Assembly: GCA_000252525.1 (NCBI GenBank)
Contig: JH611157.1
Location: forward strand, 253,472-317,471
Direction of reading: 5' to 3'
From: SAR86 cluster bacterium SAR86A
GTDB lineage: Bacteria; Pseudomonadota; Gammaproteobacteria; Magnimaribacterales; D2472
Length of the DNA: 64,000 bases
This document shows, piece by piece, positions 9,894 through 22,377 of the stretch. Numbering within the stretch: position 1 is the stretch's first letter; the number at the start of each line of letters is the position of its first letter. Both the position numbers and the translations under genes were made by a program. The notes below the pieces were generated by a model. That model did no database searches. It was not told the origin of the DNA and saw only the letters and a list, made by a program, of their open reading frames with translations.

Positions 9894-10973
9894 GTGCCCA
9901 TAACAAAAATCTCTTTAAACAACTTTAGATGCTTTAAAAATTTAGAATTGTCTCTTTCACCAGGAATAAATTTTTTTTTCGGATCTAATGGTTCTGGTAA
10001 AACAAGCATCCTTGAATCGGTATTTATTTTCTCAAGTGGCAAATCATTTAAGAGCTCAAATCTAACATCACTAATAAATTATGATAACGACAAATTTATC
10101 CTAAAAGGCTTTGATAATAAAAAAGGATATATTGTTGAAATTGAAAAAAGTAAGAATAAAACAATTTCAATTTCTTTAAATAACAACAAAACTAACACAA
10201 GCAAATTAGTAAAAGAGTTTCCGTGTACACCAATCCACAACAACACATTTTCTTTTGCTGACGCATCTCCAGACTTTAGACGCAAACTTGTTGACCGCTC
10301 AATTTTTATTGCTGAGGATAACTTCTCTAAGGTATGGTTTTCTTTTTATAGGTCATTGCGACAAAGAAATTTTTTACTAAAAAATAACCGTATATCAGAT
10401 ATATACAACTGGAATACCAAACTCGCTGATGAAGCAGAGAAGCTAACCAAATACAGGAAAGACTTTTTTGAAAAAACTTTAAATGAGTTTTATCTTTTGA
10501 TTAATTTACTTAAACCAGAAGATGTTTTTGATTTTTTTAACTTTATCAAAATTGAGTTTTCTCAAGGATGGGCTCCAGAGAAAAGCTACCTTGATGTTCT
10601 AAATGAGAACAAAGATATTGATATAAAAAGAAGATCAACAACATCTGGTCCACACAAATCAGATATTAAATTTTTTATAAATGATATTGATGCAAGACAA
10701 ATTCTATCCAGGGGCGAGCAAAAATTTTTTTCAATAATTTGGTCTTGCGCTCAACATGAAGTATTAAAAAAACATTATGAAATTGATGCAACGCTTTTGA
10801 TAGATGATATAAAGTCCGAACTTGATGAAAGAGTTTTTAAGCTCTTTAGTGATTTGTTAAATCATATAAATACACAAGTAATCTTTTCCTGTATAGATGA
10901 TTGTTTTAGTAGTAAAATAACATCTAGTTTTAATGAGTTTAAAAAGTTCCACGTGGAACAATTAGGAAAATAA
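9894..10973 (+). CDS. recF: DNA replication/repair protein RecF
   Basis: NFRC, GSNGSGKTSILE, GPHKSD, LSRGEQK, LLIDDIKSELD. Confidence 0.94.
   Translation: MPITKISLNNFRCFKNLELSLSPGINFFFGSNGSGKTSILESVFIFSSGKSFKSSNLTSLINYDNDKFILKGFDNKKGYIVEIEKSKNKTISISLNNNKTNTSKLVKEFPCTPIHNNTFSFADASPDFRRKLVDRSIFIAEDNFSKVWFSFYRSLRQRNFLLKNNRISDIYNWNTKLADEAEKLTKYRKDFFEKTLNEFYLLINLLKPEDVFDFFNFIKIEFSQGWAPEKSYLDVLNENKDIDIKRRSTTSGPHKSDIKFFINDIDARQILSRGEQKFFSIIWSCAQHEVLKKHYEIDATLLIDDIKSELDERVFKLFSDLLNHINTQVIFSCIDDCFSSKITSSFNEFKKFHVEQLGK
10945..10960. promoter_or_regulatory. parS: parS centromere site within the recF 3' end
   Basis: AGTTCCACGTGGAACA; 14-bp perfect palindromic core; one mismatch to TGTTCCACGTGGAACA; encodes FHVEQ. 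Confidence 0.88.
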
Positions 10974-13597
<2,624 letters not shown>

Positions 13598-13598
13598 C

Positions 13599-14942
13599 TT
13601 ATTTAATCTTATTTTTATAAATTTCAGCTAGTTCTGAAATCTGAACCCTTACCTGATCCATGGAGTCCCTATCCCTTATAGTAACAGTGCTATCTTCAAT
13701 TGATTCAAAATCAACAGTTATACATACAGGAGTACCTATTTCGTCATGTCTTCTGTAGCCTTTACCAATATTACCTGTGTTTTCGAGGATAACCCTACCT
13801 AAGCCTAATTTTTGTAAACTATTTTTAACCTCTTTAGACAAGGTTACTATTTCTTCATTATTTTTCTTTAACGGCAAAATTGCTGCTTTTATTGGCGATA
13901 AATGAGGTTTTAACTTTAAAACAACTCTTGTTTTACCATCACCAAGATCTTCTTCAACAAATGCTTCGTTTAATACAGCTAAAATACCTCTTTCAACACC
14001 AGCTGATGGTTCTATGACATACGGTACGATCCAATCACCTTTTTTATCTTGAACTGCCATCTTGCTATTGGAATGTTTATTTTTTTCAACATTGGATGTT
14101 ATATTAAGTTCATCTTGTTTTTTAGAATGTGAGGCTAAATCAAAATCTGTTCTATTAGCAATACCTTCTAATTCTTCTAATCCGTGAGGAAACATATACA
14201 TCAAATCCACAGTTTTCTTAGAGTAATGGGCTAGCTCATCTGTGGGTACATTGTATAACTCAATTTTTTCTATGGGTACACCCTGATCTCTCCACCAATT
14301 AAGACGTTTTTGTACCCATTCATCTAATGCTTGTTCATCATTTCCAGGCTCAACAAAATATTCTAATTCCATTTGTTCAAACTCTCTAACTCTAAATATA
14401 AAATTCCTAGGAGTTATTTCGTTCCTGAACGCTTTTCCTATTTGAGCTATACCAAATGGTATTTGCTTTGAAGTAGAATCAATAACATTTTTAAAATTTG
14501 TGAAAATTTGTTGAGCGGTCTCTGGTCTTAAATAAGCAAAAGATGACCCATCATCTATTGGCCCAACATTTGTTTTAAACATTAGATTGAATTGACGAGG
14601 TTCAGTCAAATCCTCTTTTTTACACTCTGGAGGCACCTGATCGGCTCTGAACCTTTTCTGACAAGATTTACAATCAACCATGGGGTCAGAAAATGTACTT
14701 TCATGTCCAGAGTATTTTAATACTAGTGGGTTTGTTAATATTGATGAATCTAAGCCTTCAATATCATCGTTTTCATAAACCATAGACTCCCACCAAGCAT
14801 TCTTAAGATTATTCTTAAGCTCAACACCTAGAGGACCAAAATCATAAACGCCTTGAAGACCGCCATATACCTCGTTTGATTGAAAAATGAACCCTCTTCT
14901 TTTGCAAAGAGCGACTAATTCGTCCATATTTTTTGCAGTCAA
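13599..14942 (-). CDS. glyQS: Glycine--tRNA ligase, single-subunit (alpha2) type
   Basis: [48 protein letters not shown] anticodon-binding domain. Confidence 0.95.
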   Translation of the reverse strand: MTAKNMDELVALCKRRGFIFQSNEVYGGLQGVYDFGPLGVELKNNLKNAWWESMVYENDDIEGLDSSILTNPLVLKYSGHESTFSDPMVDCKSCQKRFRADQVPPECKKEDLTEPRQFNLMFKTNVGPIDDGSSFAYLRPETAQQIFTNFKNVIDSTSKQIPFGIAQIGKAFRNEITPRNFIFRVREFEQMELEYFVEPGNDEQALDEWVQKRLNWWRDQGVPIEKIELYNVPTDELAHYSKKTVDLMYMFPHGLEELEGIANRTDFDLASHSKKQDELNITSNVEKNKHSNSKMAVQDKKGDWIVPYVIEPSAGVERGILAVLNEAFVEEDLGDGKTRVVLKLKPHLSPIKAAILPLKKNNEEIVTLSKEVKNSLQKLGLGRVILENTGNIGKGYRRHDEIGTPVCITVDFESIEDSTVTIRDRDSMDQVRVQISELAEIYKNKIK

Positions 14943-15197
14943 AATAAATTTCCTTATATATTAGACAAATGTCTACTATTATGAGTAATACATAATAAAG
15001 CACTTTTCTAATTTGTGCTTTACATTAATAACATGATCACTTAACTTATGATTATAACAAGCAAATCTGAAAAAATAATGAAACTTCTACTTTATTTTCG
15101 TTCTATTATGCTGAATAGGTTGTTTGAGTATTTAGTTTGTATCTATATGTGTTTATGACGTTAAATATGTTTAATCTAACTTGAACATTAAAGAATA

Positions 15198-16055
15198 ATG
15201 AAATTTTTATTTTATCTCCTATCTTTAGTACCTAAGTCGCTATTTGAATACTTAATTGATATTTATTTAAGTTTAGGTGTTTATAAATATTCTTCTGGTT
15301 TTAAAGTGACTTCAAAAAATATTGAAATAGCCTTTCCTGATAGAAATAAAAAAGATGTTGCTCTACTAGCAAAAAGAAGTTTCAAAGAATCAATAATTTC
15401 TGGTTATGAGTCGATTTATACATGGGGAAGAAATGATGCGAAGGTAAATAGTAATATTCTAAGAATAGAAAATAATTATTTAATAAATAACTTAAAAGAA
15501 AATGGTTTGATTGCAGTATCTTTTCATAATAGAAGTGTTGATATGTTATTGACTTGGATGAACTCTCAACACACAACAACTAGCCTATTTAAAAAAATAA
15601 AAAATAATACTCTTAATACTTATGTAAAACAAAGAAGAGAATCAAAAAATTCGAAATGCTATGAGACAAATTTAAGCGGAGTTAAAGAGATCTTTAAGTC
15701 ATTAAAAAACAATAACATTGTATGCTTTGCAGCTGATCAAGTTCCAAAGAGGGGGTTCGGAGAATATATTGATTTTTTTAATGTAAAAGCATACACAACT
15801 ACGTTAGTTCAATCTCTTGTAAATAAAACTGAAGCTAATGTTATGTATTTCTTTATACAGACAAGCCCAAGTAACGATTTAAATATAATTTTAAAACATT
15901 GTAAAGAAAATATTCATAATGATAGTGGGCACTCACTATGGTTAAATAAAGACATTGAAAAATTTATAATGAATAGGCCTGCAGATTATTCCTGGGAGTA
16001 TAAAAGATTTAAGAGATCTAAAAATTTACCAAATAATTTTTATAAAGACACTTAA
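15198..16055 (+). CDS. Lipid A acyltransferase (LpxL/HtrB family), divergent
   Basis: NIEIAFP, H-x4-D (HNRSVD), ADQVP, YSWEYKRFK. Confidence 0.8.
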   Translation: MKFLFYLLSLVPKSLFEYLIDIYLSLGVYKYSSGFKVTSKNIEIAFPDRNKKDVALLAKRSFKESIISGYESIYTWGRNDAKVNSNILRIENNYLINNLKENGLIAVSFHNRSVDMLLTWMNSQHTTTSLFKKIKNNTLNTYVKQRRESKNSKCYETNLSGVKEIFKSLKNNNIVCFAADQVPKRGFGEYIDFFNVKAYTTTLVQSLVNKTEANVMYFFIQTSPSNDLNIILKHCKENIHNDSGHSLWLNKDIEKFIMNRPADYSWEYKRFKRSKNLPNNFYKDT

Positions 16056-17486
16056 TTATTTTGACCAAAACATTGGTGTCAGAATTACCAATAAAGTAAA
16101 TATTTCAAGTCTACCAAGAAGCATTGCAAATGCCAAAACCGTTTTGCTTAAGGTATTGATTGACGAATAATTTTCTGAAACAGCACCAAGTCCAGGACCT
16201 AAGTTATTTAAACATGCACCAACTGATGAAAAAGCTGTTTCAAAGTCAACTCCAGATGCGAGAATCAACATTAATAAAATTAAAAAAGACATTACATAAA
16301 TGGAGAAAAATCCCCATACAGAAGTTGCAACCTCATCATCTACATTTTTTGTTCCAATCTTTAATGATATAACTGAGTTAGGATGAATGATTTTCATAAT
16401 GTTTTTATAGGCATGATTAATCATTATCAAGACTCTCCATGATTTAACCCCACCACCCACAGAACCAGAACAAGCACCGATAAAAGCTCCAATTAATAAT
16501 AGAAATGAAATTGAAAATGGCCACTCAGATGAATCAGAAATAGAAAAGCCAGTTGTTGTAACCATAGAGACTGTATGAAAAGTAATTTCCCTAAAAGACA
16601 ATCCAGAACCACTAGCATATGATAAAAGTACTGCTAGAGACAAAATTACTACTAATATTGATAAAAAGAACTTTAATTCTGGATCATATAAATATTTAAG
16701 AGGTTTTTTCTTAAAAACAGCGAAATAATGAAGCGTAAAGCTTAAAGCAGAAAGAATCATAAACAATATACAAATAAACTCTATAAAAGCGCTATTAAAG
16801 TAACCAATACTTGCATCGTGTGTTGAGAATCCTCCTATAGCTACAGTTGACATTGCGTGTGATACGGCATCAAAAACTGACATGCCGCCTATGTAATAAA
16901 AAATACCACACAAAAAAGTAAGACCAAGATATATCAACCACAAAACCTGGGCAGTTTCTTTTATCCTTGGTGTTAGTCTTTGCTCACCCATTGCTCCAGG
17001 CACTTCTGTTCTATATATTTGGCCTCCACCAATGCCTAATAAAGGCATAACTGCAATTGCAAGAACAATAAGTCCCATTCCTCCCATCCATTGTAATAAT
17101 TGTCTATAAAATAAAATTGATTCAGGAAGCGCATCTAAATTTGAAATTACGGTTGCACCAGTAGTGGTTATTCCAGACATAGATTCAAAAATAGAATCTA
17201 TTACACTCATTCCACTCAGGTAAAAGGGTATTGATCCGGCAATAGACAGAACTATCCAAAAGAGCACTATTATGATGAAACCTTCTTTATTAGACATGTC
17301 GTTAGTTGAGCCTCTTGTAGAAAGAAATCCAATTAAACCAATTAACCCTATAACTATTAGCGCATATATAAATAAATGCATAGATCCATCATTAAAGATT
17401 GCAGAAACAATTATTGGAAAAATATAAGAAGCACTAAAAAAAAGAATTAGAATACTAAATAAGTTAATTATTGATTTTAAGTTCAT
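16056..17486 (-). CDS. trkH: Trk potassium uptake permease TrkH
   Basis: FESMSGITTTGA, GGFSTHD, TTTGF, NNLGPG, GRLEIF. Confidence 0.95.
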   Translation of the reverse strand: MNLKSIINLFSILILFFSASYIFPIIVSAIFNDGSMHLFIYALIVIGLIGLIGFLSTRGSTNDMSNKEGFIIIVLFWIVLSIAGSIPFYLSGMSVIDSIFESMSGITTTGATVISNLDALPESILFYRQLLQWMGGMGLIVLAIAVMPLLGIGGGQIYRTEVPGAMGEQRLTPRIKETAQVLWLIYLGLTFLCGIFYYIGGMSVFDAVSHAMSTVAIGGFSTHDASIGYFNSAFIEFICILFMILSALSFTLHYFAVFKKKPLKYLYDPELKFFLSILVVILSLAVLLSYASGSGLSFREITFHTVSMVTTTGFSISDSSEWPFSISFLLLIGAFIGACSGSVGGGVKSWRVLIMINHAYKNIMKIIHPNSVISLKIGTKNVDDEVATSVWGFFSIYVMSFLILLMLILASGVDFETAFSSVGACLNNLGPGLGAVSENYSSINTLSKTVLAFAMLLGRLEIFTLLVILTPMFWSK

Positions 17487-18841
17487 CAGTTTGTTTTGAA
17501 CAAAACCTCAACTTCTGACATCATATTTTTATTAGCTAAAAATATTATTAGATGATCATTTAAACAAAGCTCGACCTCCGACCTTGGCATTATTAACTCT
17601 CCATGTCTTATAACTGCTCCTATGGAAGCGCCCTCTGGTAGAGAAATCTCTTTGATAGATTTTCCAAAAAGCGATGAAGTATACTCATTTGCATGCACTA
17701 TGCCTTCAACAGCTTCAGCACCTGTATCCATTTTAAGCATTACGTCTTGTGTTACATCACTGTCTCGTAAGTCTTGTAAAACAGAAGAAACGGTAAGTCT
17801 ATATGGTGCAACATAGATGTCTATAAACCCTGGCACTAGACCCAAATAAGAGGGGTTGTTTAAGATAATCATTGTTTTTTTAGCTCCCATCTTCTTTGCG
17901 AGCAAGGATGACATTAAATTTGTTTCATCATCATCAGTAAGGGCGCAAAAAATATCTATATTCGAAATACTTTCACTCTTAAGCAAATCCTCATCTGTAG
18001 CAGATCCATGAAGAACAATAGCTTTATCCAGTTGTTTAGATAAACTTGCACATTTTTCTTCATCCGAATCTATTATTTTAGTTTTGTATTCTCCTTCAAT
18101 TTCTTTTGCAAGAGACATACCTATTTTTCCACCACCAACAATCATGACTCTAGAATAAGTTTCTTCATGATCTCTAAACTCATCTACAATTTGATCGGTA
18201 TTTTTTTCAGACGAGATGAAATATACCTCATCATTTTCTTTTATTATTGTTTCACCAGATGGAATAAATGGTTTACCTTTTCGGTATATTGAAGCAATAA
18301 ATGCATCTGTTTCTGGCATATCATCTTTAATACCCTTAAGCTCTCTTCCAACAAGCTTGCCTTTTTTTCTGGCCCTTACACTAACAAGATTAACTTTTCC
18401 ATCAGCAAATTTTTCGATTTGGTGAGCTCCAGGGTGAAGTATTAAATCTTTAAGATGATTTTTTACTTCGTTTTCTGGGCTTATGAGAATATCTATTGCA
18501 TTATCACCAAAAACTGTCAAATCATTTCCATATGCCGAATCAGTGATTCTGCAAATCGTTTTTTTAACATTAAACGATTTCTTGGCTATCTGACATGCGA
18601 TTATATTTACCTCGTCATCTGATGTAACAGCTATTACTGTTGTAGACTCGTCTGCACTAGATTTTTTTATTGATACAGGATGAGATGCATGACCTTCTAT
18701 TGTTAAAATATCTAGCTTTTCTTCTAGAGAATTAAGTGCATTTTTATCTTGATCAATAATTGCAACGTCATACCCGTTATTTACTAGAGCACGTGCAAGA
18801 CTACCACCAACACGACCAGCACCTAAAATTAGCACTTTCAT
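17486..18841 (-). CDS. trkA: Trk potassium uptake regulatory subunit TrkA
   Basis: Two RCK domains: ILGAGRVG and IVGGGKIG. Confidence 0.95.
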   Translation of the reverse strand: MKVLILGAGRVGGSLARALVNNGYDVAIIDQDKNALNSLEEKLDILTIEGHASHPVSIKKSSADESTTVIAVTSDDEVNIIACQIAKKSFNVKKTICRITDSAYGNDLTVFGDNAIDILISPENEVKNHLKDLILHPGAHQIEKFADGKVNLVSVRARKKGKLVGRELKGIKDDMPETDAFIASIYRKGKPFIPSGETIIKENDEVYFISSEKNTDQIVDEFRDHEETYSRVMIVGGGKIGMSLAKEIEGEYKTKIIDSDEEKCASLSKQLDKAIVLHGSATDEDLLKSESISNIDIFCALTDDDETNLMSSLLAKKMGAKKTMIILNNPSYLGLVPGFIDIYVAPYRLTVSSVLQDLRDSDVTQDVMLKMDTGAEAVEGIVHANEYTSSLFGKSIKEISLPEGASIGAVIRHGELIMPRSEVELCLNDHLIIFLANKNMMSEVEVLFKTN

Positions 18842-18896
18842 AGTGTGTAAATTAAACCTCTTTTTGCAGAATTAAAAGACTTATGTGAATTTTTTT

Positions 18897-19817
18897 TTAA
18901 ACAAAGAAATTTTTATAAGAATTAAAAGCATCTTTTGATGATATTATATTTTTATTAGGAAATTGTAAGTCAGTAATTACTATCACTTTATCACCAGTAT
19001 TTATATATATACCTGATGCATCAAATTTATGAAAAGATCCTGGTTTACCAGAAGACAAATCATTAGTTAGTTTTAAATTATGAATTTTAATAGTTGTATC
19101 TTTATGTACAAATGATGTTCCAGGCCAGCCATAATAAGCTCTAAATTTATTATGAATAGATGAACTATCCTCTCTGAAATCAATCAATCCATCTTCTTTA
19201 TTTATTTTATTACAATAAGTTTTTTTAGTTTCATCTTGGTCAACAAAAGATAACTCATCCTGATTTATATAGTCTAGAACTTCGATAAGCTTATTAATTG
19301 ATAACTCTGTAAGTTTCTTTTCAAGAGTATTTTTGTTATCTGAAGGATTTATATCACATGTGAATTGCTTAATAATTTTTCCTGAATCAAGTAACTTATT
19401 CATTTTTATATATGTTACTCCAGTCACCTTGTCGCCCATTAATAATGAGCTTTGGATAGGTGATGCGCCTCTATATTTAGGAAGTAAGGAGAAATGAATA
19501 TTTATTGGAAATAATTTTGGTAATTTCAGAAGCCACTCTGGAATTATTCTGCCATAAGCAACAACAAGCAGGATGTCTATATCCAGATCATTTAATGCTT
19601 TTTTAAACTCATTTTCATTCAAATCAGTCGGCATAAATACTGGAATTTTATGTTTTTTTGCCTCAATAGCCACGGGAGACTCAATAAGCTTATTCCCCCT
19701 TTTACCAATTTTATTATTTTGGGTTATTACTCCCTTAATGTTGATTTTTTTTGATAATGCTAAAAATTTAAGAATATCCGCGGAATTGGTTGGAGTGCCT
19801 GCATATAAAACATTCAT
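18897..19817 (-). CDS. fmt: Methionyl-tRNA formyltransferase
   Basis: YAGTP, VVAYG, NIHFSLLPKYRGASPI, LDSG. Confidence 0.96.
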   Translation of the reverse strand: MNVLYAGTPTNSADILKFLALSKKINIKGVITQNNKIGKRGNKLIESPVAIEAKKHKIPVFMPTDLNENEFKKALNDLDIDILLVVAYGRIIPEWLLKLPKLFPINIHFSLLPKYRGASPIQSSLLMGDKVTGVTYIKMNKLLDSGKIIKQFTCDINPSDNKNTLEKKLTELSINKLIEVLDYINQDELSFVDQDETKKTYCNKINKEDGLIDFREDSSSIHNKFRAYYGWPGTSFVHKDTTIKIHNLKLTNDLSSGKPGSFHKFDASGIYINTGDKVIVITDLQFPNKNIISSKDAFNSYKNFFV

Positions 19818-19834
19818 AATAACAATATCTTCTG

Positions 19835-20344
19835 TTATTTTCTTTTAAATTCTTTTAAAAGTCTCTTTCTAACTCTATCTCTCTTTAATGCACTTACATA
19901 ATCTACCATTAATTTGCCCTCTAAATGATCAATTTCATGTTGAATGCAAATTGATAACATGCCTTCAGGCTTTATTTCATGTTCTTTCCCTTTTAAATCT
20001 TGCCACTTAAGCTCAATATTGTCAGGTCTGGCAATATTATGATTAAAACCAGGTATAGATAGGCACCCTTCCTCAAATTCAACTAATTTATGCTCTTTTT
20101 GTACTTTATATTCAGGATTTACAAAAACCATTGGTTCATTTCTGTCTTCAGACAAATCCATTACTACCAGTCTTATATGTTCATCTACTTGTGTAGCCGC
20201 TAAACCAATTCCATTAGCATCATACATTGTATGTAACATGTTATCTGACAATTTTTCTAGACTTTTGTCGAATTTTGTAATCTTTTTGGCTACAGTTCTT
20301 AGTTTTGGATCTGGAAATACCAGAATTTTTAATTTTTTAGACAT
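19835..20344 (-). CDS. def: Peptide deformylase
   Basis: GIGLAATQ, EGCLSIP, QHEIDHLEG. Confidence 0.98.
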   Translation of the reverse strand: MSKKLKILVFPDPKLRTVAKKITKFDKSLEKLSDNMLHTMYDANGIGLAATQVDEHIRLVVMDLSEDRNEPMVFVNPEYKVQKEHKLVEFEEGCLSIPGFNHNIARPDNIELKWQDLKGKEHEIKPEGMLSICIQHEIDHLEGKLMVDYVSALKRDRVRKRLLKEFKRK

Positions 20345-20408
20345 ATTTGGTTAAATTTCATTATAATTTCTGAATTATAATCTAGATAACTATTAAGAGA
20401 ACAAAAAT

Positions 20409-20909
20409 ATGTCAAATTCAAGTTTACAGGTTGCCATAATCATGGGTTCAGATAGTGACTTGCCCGTTGTAGAGGCAAGTTTCTCTATTCTTGAGTCTTT
20501 TGGCGTTAAATATACTAAAAATGTAATGTCTGCTCACAGAACTCCGCATGATGTAATGGATCTTATTAAAAGATCTGAAGAGAACGGCTGTAAAGTATTC
20601 ATAGCTGCAGCTGGAATGGCTGCGCATCTAGCTGGAGCTGTAGCTGCACATTCAACAAAACCAGTTATTGGAATTCCAATTGAATCAGGTGGAATGGGAG
20701 GAATTGATTCATTACTTTCAACCGCTATGATGCCTCCTGGTGTTCCTGTTGCAACAGTTGCTGTTGGTAAAAGCGGTGCAAAGAATAGCGCTATTTTGGC
20801 TGTTCAAATTCTAGCAACATCTGATGATGAGCTTGCTCAAAAACTAAAAGATTATAAGTCAAATATGAGGGAAGAAGTTTTAGAGAAAGATAAGAAACTT
20901 AACTCGTAA
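20409..20909 (+). CDS. purE: N5-CAIR mutase PurE
   Basis: IMGSDSD, SAHRTP, AGMAAHL, MPPGVPVATV. Confidence 0.96.
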   Translation: MSNSSLQVAIIMGSDSDLPVVEASFSILESFGVKYTKNVMSAHRTPHDVMDLIKRSEENGCKVFIAAAGMAAHLAGAVAAHSTKPVIGIPIESGGMGGIDSLLSTAMMPPGVPVATVAVGKSGAKNSAILAVQILATSDDELAQKLKDYKSNMREEVLEKDKKLNS

Positions 20910-21470
20910 TTGAAAAATAAATCTTTAGATATTGCCTCATCAGTAGAGTGGATTAAATCGGGAAAAATACTTGTTCATCCAACAGAGGGTATTTGGGGTC
21001 TTGGCTGCGATGCTTTTAATGAAGATGCTGTCAATAAGATATTTAAAATAAAAAGAAGAAGTAAAAATAAGAGCTTCATACTTCTCTCAGAATCGTTAGA
21101 TTTTTTAAAAAAATATATACAAGATCTCAACAAAGAGGATGAAAAATTTTTAGAAAATTATTGGCCAGGACCAGTAACATTTCTTATAAAGTATAATCAA
21201 AACCTACCAAAGCATCTCCACACAGAAAATGAAAAGATTGCTGTAAGAGTAAGTAATCACTTACCTATAAAATCACTTTTAAAGCAATTTTCTGGACTTA
21301 TGGTTTCAACATCATCTAATCTTTCTGGTGATGGCATTATTCAAGATCCAATTAAAATTCTTGAGTTTTTTGAATCAAATGATTTGGCATATTATGATGA
21401 GCAACTTGGACAAACAAAGAAACCATCCAAGATAATAGACTTAGAGTCTAAGTCTGTAATTCGTGAATAA
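20910..21470 (+). CDS. tsaC: Threonylcarbamoyl-AMP synthase TsaC (YrdC/Sua5)
   Basis: PTEGIWGLGC, KRR, WPGPVT, STSSNLSG. Confidence 0.92.
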   Translation: MKNKSLDIASSVEWIKSGKILVHPTEGIWGLGCDAFNEDAVNKIFKIKRRSKNKSFILLSESLDFLKKYIQDLNKEDEKFLENYWPGPVTFLIKYNQNLPKHLHTENEKIAVRVSNHLPIKSLLKQFSGLMVSTSSNLSGDGIIQDPIKILEFFESNDLAYYDEQLGQTKKPSKIIDLESKSVIRE

Positions 21471-22377
21471 AATGAAGCATAAAATTGAAAATAATTTGAT
21501 AAAAATACAGTCGGATATTATTAATGCTTTTGAATCTCTTGAATCCGAAAACGGCTCAATTATTTCATTAGACGAGTGGAAGCGAGAAGAAGGTGGCGGC
21601 GGTAAAACATTTGTAATAGAAAATGGATCTTTCTTTGATAAATGTGCAGTAAATTTTTCATCTATCAAAGGAAATGAATTACCCAAAACTGCATTAGCTA
21701 ATAATCTTAATAAAGAAGTTAATTATGGATATAAGGCAATGGGAGTTTCTGTTATATCACATCCAAAAAATCCAAATGTTCCAACTAGTCATATGAATGT
21801 TAGGTTATTTGGAATTTTGGATAAAAACAGTGAAATAGATGAGTGGTGGATTGGTGGGGGATATGACTTAACTCCTTTTATAGTATTTGAAGACGATATT
21901 AAAGAATGGCATAGAAATGCAAAAGCGTGTCTAGATGGAATTAATAAAGATTATTACCCCTGCTTTTCTGACAATTGTAATAATTATTTCAAAATTCCAC
22001 ATAGGAACGAGAGAAGAGGAGTTGGAGGTATTTTTTTTGATAATGTTACAGATTTATCTTTAGAAAATAGTGTAAAAATGCTTGAATCTGTTGCAAATGC
22101 TTATCTAGGATCCTACATGGAAATTGCAAATAAAAGGAAAAACATTAAATTTTCAGATACAGAAAAAGATTTTCAGCTTATTAGAAGGGGAAGATACGTA
22201 GAATTTAACCTTATTTACGACCGAGGCACTTTATTTGGACTTCAATCAAATGGGAGAATAGAATCAATTCTGGCGTCTTTGCCAAATAATACTAAATGGC
22301 AGTATAAAAAAACAAAAGAGTACATCAGATTAGAAAAAGAGCTTTTATCAACAATTAATAAGGATTGGAATGTCTAA
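21463..22377 (+). CDS. hemF: Oxygen-dependent coproporphyrinogen III oxidase
   Basis: HPKNPNVPTSHMNVR, GGGYDLTP, RRGRYVEFNLIYDRGT. Confidence 0.96.
   Translation: MNKMKHKIENNLIKIQSDIINAFESLESENGSIISLDEWKREEGGGGKTFVIENGSFFDKCAVNFSSIKGNELPKTALANNLNKEVNYGYKAMGVSVISHPKNPNVPTSHMNVRLFGILDKNSEIDEWWIGGGYDLTPFIVFEDDIKEWHRNAKACLDGINKDYYPCFSDNCNNYFKIPHRNERRGVGGIFFDNVTDLSLENSVKMLESVANAYLGSYMEIANKRKNIKFSDTEKDFQLIRRGRYVEFNLIYDRGTLFGLQSNGRIESILASLPNNTKWQYKKTKEYIRLEKELLSTINKDWNV

Noticed and set aside
14943-15197. T-box riboswitch for glyQS
   Set aside because: No T-box consensus (GGTGGNACC) and no terminator/antiterminator architecture visible.
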